A stretch of DNA of 64,000 nt from assembly GCA_038146705.1 (NCBI GenBank), contig JAYQSB010000005.1:10628-74627 (forward strand), given 5' to 3'. The DNA is from Candidatus Poseidoniales archaeon (GTDB lineage: Archaea > Thermoplasmatota > Poseidoniia > Poseidoniales > Poseidoniaceae). A program made the position numbers and the translations under genes. The notes under the pieces were generated by a model, which worked only from the letters and a program-made list of their open reading frames with translations, was not told where the DNA came from and ran no database searches. Shown piece after piece: positions 28,283 to 37,511 of this stretch; the first letter of the stretch is position 1; each line of letters opens with the position of its first letter.

Positions 28283-30766
28283 ATGACAATTCGTCCAATT
28301 CGCAGCCGGACACATCGCAAAATCTTGCATTGTTTAATGGACGGTCCTGCGACTGTTTCAGAATTAGCACAATGGTCGAGTATGAAATTACCACACATGT
28401 CCCTTGGCTGCAAACAACTTCGGGAAACGGGTCATATCCAGAGGGATGATGTAACAGGGATCCGTAAAGCCCCTCATCGTCTAACGCAGTTGGGTGTTGA
28501 AAGAATTCGTTCGGATATGGTCCATCATATGCTAAAGGCCAAGGTAGGATTGTTCCCATCAAATAATGATGCTATCGTCATTAAAATTGAAGGTTCAAAA
28601 GTCCTCATAGGTTACACAAAACAACCAAAAAATCAACTCCATTTCATACCGAGCAAGGGTTTCGAACAGAGCAACAACCCCTCTAACATCTCCAAAGGAA
28701 ATGGAGGGGGTACTTGGATTTCGATTCACGGTTCGACAATTGGATGGTACAATGCAATAGATGGAAGTCCAACCACACCTGAAACACCTGCAAAAGGGAC
28801 GCTGATCGAGTTTCAACATCCTGAAGAAAAATTGGGGCTTGTTTGGGGGAACATTCTTCGGGAATCACATGAATCGCAATTGTCTGAAAAAACATGGTTT
28901 AACTCAAATTTTGATGGAACTGAAACCTCAGAATTTTCATTGGGCGATTATTATCTTGGGAAAATAGATCATGAAATTCCATTTCAAATACATCGAGGCA
29001 TACATGCCATCATTACCTCGTCAATTGAGCGTGAATTACTGATTCAACAGCTCGCAAGAAAATCAATGACGGCTGTTTCTCTACAAAATCGTCAAACAAA
29101 AATGCCATACAATGTACTCGTTGAATGGGTTAAATTGATTCATCCAAGACTTGATTTTTCGAAAGTCGAATCAAAAGCCTCTGATTTATTTCGTCGAATC
29201 AAGGATAAGAAAATTAGGCCATCAAAGCAACTTAACGAACTTCGAAATGATTTTCAGAACGTGGAATGGGTCAACGATTCCAATGCTGACCTCATGCACA
29301 TATCAATTGCAGGATGCAGTGAAAGAGGTTCAAGGGCCGTAGCTGAATTCTTACTCACAACAACTACACCATGGGTGTTTGAATGGAACTATAAATTACC
29401 AAAGGACAACTTACTTGAACGTTGCATCTCCTACAACCATTGCGTTTGTGTGATAACAAAACAAGTTGAAGATATACCACTAACGAATGCTCAGATGGTT
29501 CTTCGCTCTACGTCAAATATTGGCGAAATTGATGTACATATATCAAGACGTGGAACGTTTTCGTTCCACTTAGATACCCATGGTGATGAACAAGCACCTC
29601 AACTGTTCCAATTTTTCCCAAGAAATGCTGAAGAATTAAAAAAATTCGACATGCAAACTTCGCTACAAACAGCCCAAAACTTAGAATTAGGCTCAGAATT
29701 TCACACGCCAACAATTCACGCTGCAATACGATGCTACCCAGATGGCGATTCGGATTTGGCAAATTCAATCGAACGTCAAGAACCGCTTGCGTCTTGGATT
29801 GCTTCACCGATGGAAGAACGCCCTAAGAGATGGGAGCGGATTCATGACAAATTACCACCTGGCTGGGTTGAATTACTTGACATGAGATTGATGAGTGATG
29901 AAATGCTGTTGAAAAGTTCAATGTATGGCGGCAGGAAATGGATAGAAGAGATGATGTCAGAAACGAAACTTAGAAGTTTAAGCCACCCAATGTTTTTGCT
30001 GAAGTTGTTCGAAGCACTCGATGATGAAAAAATCCAATTCAACGCTGCTGCAATCATTCTTTCTTCTGTTGATTTCATCGACCAAAACTATCGCGTAAAA
30101 ATTGAGGAGGCGTTTGAGAAGTGGACTCAACAACCCATATTTTCAACATATGTATTGGAGATGTTATTCAAATCTTCAACGTTCTCTGAGACAGAAAAAA
30201 CGAATATGTTAGGACGTCTCATCTCAAAAGAATTCGATTTCAATCAATTTCCAGTATTTACAACATGGCAGAAATACCACCGTACAAACAAAGAACAACT
30301 ATCTGCAGAATTTATTCAACGCTGTATTAACAATTTTCCTTCGCATTGGTGGAAAAAGAACGCTGTTCATTGGTTTAGTATACTATCATCAAGTAAATCC
30401 GGTCGAGATTGGCTCTCAAAACAACGCATTTCTTGGTCAATACAACTTCTTTCCCAATACCAAAACAAATGGGGCATTCCTGGTGTTAGCGGGGAGATTG
30501 ATCATCTCCAAAGTATTGATCTCGTGAGTGTTGAGAGGGTCATTTCTAATTCTGAAATTGAGAACGAACATTTAACAGACTTGCATCAAGTTCTTCTCCA
30601 TCGTGAAAAGTCTGGAATTCCCCGTTGTAAGACCCATCCTTTGCTTGGATGGTTATCGAAATCTGTTGAGCAGTGGCCACCTTTTTCACCATCCTCATTT
30701 CTCCTAGAAGATTCATTTATCGGTCAACATCTCTTTGAAATGTTTTCATCAAAATTGCACGACTAA
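28283..30766 (+). CDS. Large hypothetical protein with N-terminal ArsR/MarR-like wHTH
   Basis: KILHCLMDGPATVSELA...PHMSLGCKQLRETGHIQR; remaining ~750 aa unrecognised, Trp-rich and helical. Confidence 0.65.
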   Translation: MTIRPIRSRTHRKILHCLMDGPATVSELAQWSSMKLPHMSLGCKQLRETGHIQRDDVTGIRKAPHRLTQLGVERIRSDMVHHMLKAKVGLFPSNNDAIVIKIEGSKVLIGYTKQPKNQLHFIPSKGFEQSNNPSNISKGNGGGTWISIHGSTIGWYNAIDGSPTTPETPAKGTLIEFQHPEEKLGLVWGNILRESHESQLSEKTWFNSNFDGTETSEFSLGDYYLGKIDHEIPFQIHRGIHAIITSSIERELLIQQLARKSMTAVSLQNRQTKMPYNVLVEWVKLIHPRLDFSKVESKASDLFRRIKDKKIRPSKQLNELRNDFQNVEWVNDSNADLMHISIAGCSERGSRAVAEFLLTTTTPWVFEWNYKLPKDNLLERCISYNHCVCVITKQVEDIPLTNAQMVLRSTSNIGEIDVHISRRGTFSFHLDTHGDEQAPQLFQFFPRNAEELKKFDMQTSLQTAQNLELGSEFHTPTIHAAIRCYPDGDSDLANSIERQEPLASWIASPMEERPKRWERIHDKLPPGWVELLDMRLMSDEMLLKSSMYGGRKWIEEMMSETKLRSLSHPMFLLKLFEALDDEKIQFNAAAIILSSVDFIDQNYRVKIEEAFEKWTQQPIFSTYVLEMLFKSSTFSETEKTNMLGRLISKEFDFNQFPVFTTWQKYHRTNKEQLSAEFIQRCINNFPSHWWKKNAVHWFSILSSSKSGRDWLSKQRISWSIQLLSQYQNKWGIPGVSGEIDHLQSIDLVSVERVISNSEIENEHLTDLHQVLLHREKSGIPRCKTHPLLGWLSKSVEQWPPFSPSSFLLEDSFIGQHLFEMFSSKLHD

Positions 30767-30804
30767 TACGATGTATTCAAAAACATGCAGATCTTGGATA
30801 AAGC

Positions 30805-31053
30805 ACCGTACCTGCAACATCGGGCTGAGTCGAAAGACTGTGATGTCTGACACCACGGTACGGCCGCAATCGAAGGCCACATTGACCGAAAGGGATGAAA
30901 TGTGGTGCAATGCGGTAAACCTCGGTGGACTATGGGTCCTCATGCGACGCAAGGATGACCATGAGACAACCAATCCACCGGACAGTACGCCCCGAATTCG
31001 AGGGTCAAGCCTCTGAGGACACGATGAAGAAGGCTGTTAGAATTCGGGGCACA
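30805..31053 (+). ncRNA. Multi-hairpin archaeal H/ACA pseudouridylation guide RNA (4 units)
   Basis: Four consecutive hairpins, each with an apical GA/GA K-turn or K-loop and an internal loop; followed by ACG, AAA, ACA (30982) and ACA (31051); T-tract after; hairpin 4 pocket complementary to 23S H69 (recalled). Confidence 0.85.
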
Positions 31054-31129
31054 GGTTTTCTTCAAAATCACGCATTAGAAATCGAATTCTTGCGATGAAA
31101 TCAAAATCGACTGCCGTGTCGAAGTCATT

Positions 31130-32152
31130 GTGAGCGAGCAGAAACAATACGAATGTTGTCTCCTCGGGGGAACATTCGATCGATTTCATGCAGGTCATGA
31201 ATTATTACTCAGCACAGCACTTTCAATGGCACGTCAGGTTGAGATACATATCTTAAATCAAAGCGATGCAGAGAAAAAATCACCTCACATTCAATCTGTT
31301 GAAGTAAGGATGAGGGCCATTGAGCACTGGCTCAAGGAACATCAACACTCAAATTACCAATTATTCGAATTGATTGATAGCCACGGACCCGCCCCCACGC
31401 ATGCAAAAGCAGATGCAATTGTTGCAACGTTGGAAACGAGATTTGAATGTGAAAATATCAATAAAATACGGGTTGAAAATCACCTCAAAGAATTGGATAT
31501 TATCATTGTACCTCAATTACCAAGTTTTGATGGAGGCATCATCAGTTCCACGCGAATTAGAAATGGTACAATCGACACAGAGGGACTACCTTGGATTCAA
31601 AATGATTGGCGAAAGCATCCATTGTTGATGACGAGAGATGTTGGTGAGATGTTGAAAGAACCTTTTGGCACATTGTTTGAAGGGCCGGAAAATGAACCTT
31701 CAATCGCACTTGAAAATATCTTTATTGAATATGATTTCACAGAATCCCTCCTTGTAACAGTCGGTGATGTCACAACAAAAACTGCTCTCGACATGGAGGT
31801 TATACCAGACATTGCACTTATTGACGGTAAAACGAAGCGAATTGATCTCGCCGATTCTGAGAAAATCGATATCGAAGTATTCGATCTCAAACTGTATGTA
31901 GAAAATCCAGCTGGTCGATTACATCCTGATCTTTTGCAAGCCATTGAAGAATGCTTTTTGTCTGAAGAAAAATGTGTGATTATAGTTGAAGGAGAAGAAG
32001 ATTTAGCACCTCTTTTTGTTCACTTATGTGCGCCTCTTGAGACTGTCATTCTGTATGGGCAACCCCACAAGGGCGTCGTTGCACAACCCACAACACTTGC
32101 TTCAAAAGAAAGATGTGCTCGGATTTTAGGTCTGTTCGAGGTGCTTGATTGA
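31130..32152 (+). CDS. coaD: Fused phosphopantetheine adenylyltransferase + GTP-dependent dephospho-CoA kinase (DUF359)
   Basis: GGTFDRFHAGH, ISSTRIR; then LKEPFG, TVGDVT, IDGKTKR, NPAG, GEEDL, YGQP. Confidence 0.9.
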   Translation: MSEQKQYECCLLGGTFDRFHAGHELLLSTALSMARQVEIHILNQSDAEKKSPHIQSVEVRMRAIEHWLKEHQHSNYQLFELIDSHGPAPTHAKADAIVATLETRFECENINKIRVENHLKELDIIIVPQLPSFDGGIISSTRIRNGTIDTEGLPWIQNDWRKHPLLMTRDVGEMLKEPFGTLFEGPENEPSIALENIFIEYDFTESLLVTVGDVTTKTALDMEVIPDIALIDGKTKRIDLADSEKIDIEVFDLKLYVENPAGRLHPDLLQAIEECFLSEEKCVIIVEGEEDLAPLFVHLCAPLETVILYGQPHKGVVAQPTTLASKERCARILGLFEVLD

Positions 32153-33249
32153 CAACACCATTTGTCTCAATCACTGTTTGCGTTCGAAATGGAGCAGATT
32201 GGGTTGACCATTGCCTCCATGCATTGAGCACACAATTGTATGATGCCTTCGAAATCATCGTTGTTGACGATGGTTCCACCGATGAAACTCCAAATGAACT
32301 TCGAAAATGGGATGACCCGTTAGGTGCCAGGGGGCCGAAAACCAAAATTCTCACACAAGATCCACTTGGACTTTCTGCAGCCCGTCAACATGCTATTGAC
32401 AATGCAAGTGGTGAGTGGATTGCTATAACCGACATTGATGTACGACCTGAACCAAACTGGCTTAGTCATCTCATGAATGCGTATCAGGCATGTTCGGAAG
32501 AGGAAAATATTGTAGCTGTCACAGGAAGAACAATGTTTGGCATTGGCTCAGACCCTGTGAGCCTCCTTCGTTCAATGGAGATTGAACGTAAATACAAATC
32601 GAGAACAAGGTACACAACTCTTGCAAATGGTCCTTGTTCAATGTTTCAAAAATCATCACTTGATGACATCGGTGGATTCGGTAAAACGTGGTATCACGCT
32701 GAGGATATGGAGGTAAGCCTTCAATTATTATTGAATGGGGGCAGGATCCTCTATGCTCCTGAGGCCGTCGTACACCATGTTCCTGAGACTGGACTACGAC
32801 GCTTTTTGGGGAAGCGCAAAAGAGATGCCCGCGCACACACAAGAATTGTTCGCAAATACCCGAGACGGAAGAGAGCAAAGAACACCTTTGATTTCTTGGG
32901 CTCATCATTTTCTGTCATTTTGGCAACATTGCTTTTTGTGTTGATGATGATTACAGGTGTATCGAGCATTACAATGAATCCATTATTCACCATTGAGCGA
33001 ATACAATATTCGAAGTTCTTCCTCTTATTCTTCTTCCTGTTTGAGTGTATTATGTGGACCGGCACATTGGGGTCCGTTCATTTTCAAAGTTTGAAACATT
33101 CAAAATCGATCAAGTTCCTCACATCAATCCGAATTCGATTCATCATTATTCTATGGGGAGTAGCGTTGATGATTGGAATATTTCAAGGTTGTATTGATGC
33201 TGTTTTTGCAAAACACGGTCATCCAAGATTATTCTCAAAAAGAGCCTAA
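32149..33249 (+). CDS. Glycosyltransferase family 2 with C-terminal TM helices
   Basis: IIVVDDGSTD, GLSAAR, TDID, AED; hydrophobic C-terminus. Confidence 0.9.
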   Translation: MTTPFVSITVCVRNGADWVDHCLHALSTQLYDAFEIIVVDDGSTDETPNELRKWDDPLGARGPKTKILTQDPLGLSAARQHAIDNASGEWIAITDIDVRPEPNWLSHLMNAYQACSEEENIVAVTGRTMFGIGSDPVSLLRSMEIERKYKSRTRYTTLANGPCSMFQKSSLDDIGGFGKTWYHAEDMEVSLQLLLNGGRILYAPEAVVHHVPETGLRRFLGKRKRDARAHTRIVRKYPRRKRAKNTFDFLGSSFSVILATLLFVLMMITGVSSITMNPLFTIERIQYSKFFLLFFFLFECIMWTGTLGSVHFQSLKHSKSIKFLTSIRIRFIIILWGVALMIGIFQGCIDAVFAKHGHPRLFSKRA

Positions 33250-33797
33250 TCAACGTTTGAATCTCCGTCTGGAGAATTCATTGAATAGATGAGGGCAAAT
33301 CCAAAGCCGACGAGAGCGATGGACACTGAGTACACACCAACATCAATCCATGCAGTATGTTGAATACCGTACCAGAAGTAGAACACAAGACCCAAGAGAA
33401 GGCACCAAGCAGCGACTGTTCGTTGCAATTCATCTCCTCCTCCCAAAGATTTCCAAGTTTCATTCATCACAAGCCCTCGGAGCCAGTTGGAGAATCCGAT
33501 GCTGCCATTGATGTTTTTGAATGCTGAATACATCATTGCGATACACACAAGACCAAAAACACCGTCAGATGCAGTGACTTGAATACCTTCGGAAATAGGT
33601 TCAAACGCCTTGTTCGTAAACTCAAATGTCAAAAGTCCACCCCAGGAGACGTGATAATTTGGATGAACTTTTCCAAACATGTTGAGGACTGTTAGGAAGA
33701 TACCCCATAGTCCAATGGCCATGAACCAATTCGATATTGGATTGAGTGGCTGAACCTTTGGTTCTTGGTTTGGTACGAATGCTTCTCCCTCAGCCAT
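33246..33797 (-). CDS. Hypothetical membrane protein
   Basis: Four hydrophobic helices; fills the gap between GT2 and cdc6. Confidence 0.65.
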   Translation of the reverse strand: MAEGEAFVPNQEPKVQPLNPISNWFMAIGLWGIFLTVLNMFGKVHPNYHVSWGGLLTFEFTNKAFEPISEGIQVTASDGVFGLVCIAMMYSAFKNINGSIGFSNWLRGLVMNETWKSLGGGDELQRTVAAWCLLLGLVFYFWYGIQHTAWIDVGVYSVSIALVGFGFALIYSMNSPDGDSNVD

Positions 33798-33847
33798 GAT
33801 GCTCCGACCTAGATAGTGATTATAAACGCACCCAATAATTAACCAAT

Positions 33848-35095
33848 TTAAGCCAACCTTGATTGGTGATTGTACGAATGCTCGAAAATTGGTTTCAAAT
33901 CGTCTTCTGCATCAGTCAATAGCGGGATGGTTTCGAGATTTTTTGGAATGCTTGAACTAATTTCCTTTGTTCGACCATAACGGCCTCGACTAATAGTCCG
34001 TGCTGTGATAAGACCGAGCATGTCTAAATTTTGAATTATTCCAGAAATACGTCGTTGAGTAAGTGGATTATGACGAATGTGTTTGCATGCCTGTCTGTAA
34101 ATCTCATACACTTCCCCTGTCTGAATATTGCTCAATCCAGCAGATTCGTTAATGAGAATTGCTGCAAGAACGAGCTTTTGTTGCCGGGGTAAAGACGAGA
34201 TGACTGGGGCGATTTGGTCCGATTCGATTTGATGTTGGGCTGTTCGTACATGATGCGATTGAACAATTTCGTCCCCTGCAAATTCTGCTTTTTCAGTCGA
34301 AATACGAAGTAAATCAAGAGCACAACGAGCATCTCCATGTTCTTGGGCTGCTAGTGCTGCACACAATTCAATAACGCCTGGTCCTAAGATGCCTGGAACC
34401 AAGGCTATGTCTGCCCGTTGCCTCAAAATATCTTGTAACTGTCCAGCATCGTAAGGTTTGAACAAAATATCGAGTTGACCGAGGCGAGATTTTACGCGAG
34501 GATCGAGGAAATCTGTAAATTTGAGATCATTTGATATCCCTATAACGCAGGCTCTTGAGACTTTGAGCATCGAATTGATATTCGTTAAATTATACAATAA
34601 ATCATCACCAACTTTTCGAACGAGGTGGTCGATTTCATCTAGAACGATGATGAAAACCCCTTCTCTTTTATCCATTCTTTTTACGAGTTCTTTCATGACA
34701 CGATCTGTTGGCCACCCTGTGAAAGGAATCTCTTCAGCTTCATTTGCCTCCAACAATGAATTGCCGATATGTGTGAGAACTCGATATTGAGTATCGATTT
34801 GTCGACAATTCACCATAACGGTCTCGACACTACGGCCTTTTTGACTGCCCTTTTCTTCAAGATGCTGACAGACGTAGGATGTAACAGCCGTTTTCCCAGC
34901 ACCTGTGACACCATACAGTGTCATGTTCGAAGGGATATGCCCATACAATGCCTCAACGAGATTATATGATATTTTGCTGATTTCTTCGTCTCGATGTGGT
35001 AGCAAAGAAGGGCTGTGGTCGTGGCGGAGAATTTCTTTGTTTTTGAAGAGCGATTTCTTTGATAGAAGGTCATCAAAGATGTTTGGTTCGCTCAT
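33848..35095 (-). CDS. cdc6: Orc1/Cdc6 replication initiator
   Basis: LPHRDEEI, YGVTGAGKT, VLDEID, DPRVKSRL, HGDARCALDLLR, C-terminal wHTH with GRYGRT. Confidence 0.96.
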   Translation of the reverse strand: MSEPNIFDDLLSKKSLFKNKEILRHDHSPSLLPHRDEEISKISYNLVEALYGHIPSNMTLYGVTGAGKTAVTSYVCQHLEEKGSQKGRSVETVMVNCRQIDTQYRVLTHIGNSLLEANEAEEIPFTGWPTDRVMKELVKRMDKREGVFIIVLDEIDHLVRKVGDDLLYNLTNINSMLKVSRACVIGISNDLKFTDFLDPRVKSRLGQLDILFKPYDAGQLQDILRQRADIALVPGILGPGVIELCAALAAQEHGDARCALDLLRISTEKAEFAGDEIVQSHHVRTAQHQIESDQIAPVISSLPRQQKLVLAAILINESAGLSNIQTGEVYEIYRQACKHIRHNPLTQRRISGIIQNLDMLGLITARTISRGRYGRTKEISSSIPKNLETIPLLTDAEDDLKPIFEHSYNHQSRLA

Positions 35096-35280
35096 TTATA
35101 TTCCCCTTCATATACCGCTGTGAATCGTTCACGAGAAACGCACATTGGACAATTTTTGGGAGTCCGAGTCCCCCTTATATTTCTGTCCGTTCAAATGAAT
35201 GATTCATGAACTATTTCGGTATATAAACAAAAGAAAAGTATGGGTTTCAAAACAGGAGTTTTACATTAAAAAATAACATT
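35096..35280. other. Candidate replication origin / Orc1-binding region upstream of cdc6
   Basis: Minus strand TTCACAGCGGTATATGAAGGGG and CGGACAGAAATATAAGGGGG resemble ORB plus G-string; AT-rich tract at 35221-35280. Confidence 0.4.
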
Positions 35281-36078
35281 TCATGCTTTGTGCATGAATC
35301 GGATTTCGCCTTTTTCATCATCCCACGAACATGAGAATCCATCGTTTGCATGATACACGTGTTTTGGATGGCTTGGCTTGTCTCTTGAGATGGCTGGTGT
35401 GTTAACACCCTCTTTGTCGATATAGGTATGCGTAACGATGAGAGGTGTCGTTGTAAGTTCAGATAAATCTTGAATCGTTTGAGGAGAGTGGTGTTCATCA
35501 GTTTGAACATAATCGGGAACACCCATTTCTACAATTGCAAAGTTAACAGTTTTTATCTCATTGTACAGGGATTCACAAGGGCCCGAATCTCCACTGTGAA
35601 CAAATGAAAAGTTTGGATAACTGAACCTGTAGCCAAACGGGTCAACCTCATCGACATGTTGAACTGGAAATTTCTTCCACTTTAGGTCACCTTCAACTTC
35701 TCCCTCCATGGTTTCAATCCATTCAATTCGATCAAAAATTTCCCCGAGACTTCCTGGATAGGCCATCTCACAAAGCGTTTGTAGACGTTCTTTACCTCCA
35801 GGTGCCACAATGACACGCAAAGGATGCACTCCCTCTCTGTCGGAGATGTATTTTCGTTCGAGCAATAAAAAAGGAAAACCGAAAATATGATCTCCGTGCA
35901 AATGGGTGATGAAAATCGTTCGCAAGTTTGAGATTGGAATGTCTGCAAGTCGAAGCGATGCAAGCGCTGTTGGTGGAGCATCGATGAGATGTTGACCGTC
36001 AATGAGGGTCAAAGAATGAAGGCGTCCCTGCGGAAGAAAGGCGTTTCCTGTTCCAAGGACCTCAACCTTTGGCGGCAC
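35281..36078 (-). CDS. MBL-fold metallo-hydrolase (RNase Z-like)
   Basis: LGTG, THLHGDH, SGDS, H residues of the MBL fold. Confidence 0.85.
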   Translation of the reverse strand: MPPKVEVLGTGNAFLPQGRLHSLTLIDGQHLIDAPPTALASLRLADIPISNLRTIFITHLHGDHIFGFPFLLLERKYISDREGVHPLRVIVAPGGKERLQTLCEMAYPGSLGEIFDRIEWIETMEGEVEGDLKWKKFPVQHVDEVDPFGYRFSYPNFSFVHSGDSGPCESLYNEIKTVNFAIVEMGVPDYVQTDEHHSPQTIQDLSELTTTPLIVTHTYIDKEGVNTPAISRDKPSHPKHVYHANDGFSCSWDDEKGEIRFMHKA

Positions 36079-36199
36079 ATATTTTCCAAAACCTTACCCT
36101 ACATATCCAAATCGGTTGGTCGGTTTGCTCACAACGACATATACGAATGATGATAAAGGACATTTTCTTCGAAATAACTACCGCAATGGAGTGTTATCA

Positions 36200-37441
36200 A
36201 TGTCGGATTGGTCTGCAAAAAATCCCTACATGACAAAAATCACCGAGAATTACATCCTCAACGGTGAGGGTTCAAGCAAAGAAACCCGGCACGTTGTCTT
36301 TGCATTGGGTGATTCAGGACTCGATTACAAAGTTGGTGATGCTCTTGGCGTCATTCCAGAAAACCCCCCTCATATCGTTGATGAGCTCATCGAAGTTCAA
36401 GGCTGGGACGCATCGCACACCGTGACCACCCACAATGGTGAACGAGAACTTCGAGAAGCGTTGAAAAAAGATTTTGAAGTTCACATGGCGAACAAGAAAT
36501 TCGTAGCTTCTTTGGCCCAAAAGATTGTATCGAGTGGCATGGATATCTCCATGAAATTTGTGAACAGGAGTCGAGCGAAGGTTGTCTCTGGCTCAAGTGG
36601 TTCGGCACAAGTCTTGCTACCTAGTCTACCATCAGATGACCCCGCATCAAGGGTTGAAGCGATAAATGCAACAACAGAAGCCGTCGAAGATTACCTTTGG
36701 ACTCGAGATTACATTGATATCATGAGAGAATTCAATGTCAAATATTCTCCTGAAGAATTCCTTGAACTAGCAGACAGATTGAAACCAAGGTTGTACTCTA
36801 TTGCCTCTTCTCATGATGCTCACCCAGGGTATGTAGAACTTACAGTAGGTATTGTTCGATTCGAATACAACAACAGACCACGTGGAGGTTTATGTACTCA
36901 ATTTTTAGCAGATGAAATTGGCGATACCGGTGCACCTATTGGCGTGTTTATGTCTCCAACGAAATCGTTTATTCTTCCTGAGGATAAAGAGACGGATATC
37001 ATCATGGTTGGTCCAGGAACCGGTATTGCACCATTCCGTGCATTCATGGAGCAACGAGTACATGATGGTGGTGGCGGACGAAATTGGCTATTTTTTGGAG
37101 ATCAATCTGAAAAAACCGAGTATTATTACAAAGATACTATTGAATCTTGGATGGATGAGGGACATCTCTACAAATTTACAACAGCGTGGTCGAGGGACCA
37201 AGCCGAGAAAATATATGTCCAACACCGCATGAGAGAACATGGTGAAGAAATGTGGAATTGGATCGATAATGGAGCATATTTCTATGTTTGTGGCGATAAG
37301 AGTCGAATGGCAAAAGATGTTCACAGGGCACTGATTGACATTGCAATTGAACATGGTGGCATGTCTGAAACTGATGCTACCGAATTCATCGAAAAGAAAA
37401 TGATGCGGGAACAAAAACGATATCTTCGAGATGTCTATTGA
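36200..37441 (+). CDS. CysJ/CPR-like FAD/NADPH oxidoreductase lacking the flavodoxin domain
   Basis: KETRH, YKVGDALGV.P.N, PRLYSIASS, GLCT, MVGPGTGIAPFR, LFFG, YVCGD..MAKDV, RYLRDVY. Confidence 0.88.
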   Translation: MSDWSAKNPYMTKITENYILNGEGSSKETRHVVFALGDSGLDYKVGDALGVIPENPPHIVDELIEVQGWDASHTVTTHNGERELREALKKDFEVHMANKKFVASLAQKIVSSGMDISMKFVNRSRAKVVSGSSGSAQVLLPSLPSDDPASRVEAINATTEAVEDYLWTRDYIDIMREFNVKYSPEEFLELADRLKPRLYSIASSHDAHPGYVELTVGIVRFEYNNRPRGGLCTQFLADEIGDTGAPIGVFMSPTKSFILPEDKETDIIMVGPGTGIAPFRAFMEQRVHDGGGGRNWLFFGDQSEKTEYYYKDTIESWMDEGHLYKFTTAWSRDQAEKIYVQHRMREHGEEMWNWIDNGAYFYVCGDKSRMAKDVHRALIDIAIEHGGMSETDATEFIEKKMMREQKRYLRDVY

Positions 37442-37511
37442 GCAAACTTATGACATCCACATGGCTGCTATTGGATAAATTGTTATAAAGAAACATATCT
37501 TTTAACTCTTC

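Noticed and set aside
30735-31016. Short ORFs 30735..31016 (+) and 30749..30973 (-)
   Set aside because: No recognisable protein features; the sequence is better explained by base-paired H/ACA hairpins
30805-31053. RNase P RNA or SRP RNA as the identity of the structured region
   Set aside because: No GAGGAAAGUCC/P4 pseudoknot strands or SRP helix-8 motif found on either strand; repeated K-turn plus ACA units fit H/ACA
36200-37441. Pseudogene or truncated cysJ
   Set aside because: ORF is intact with all FAD/NADPH motifs, and upstream is a divergent gene with no flavodoxin remnant
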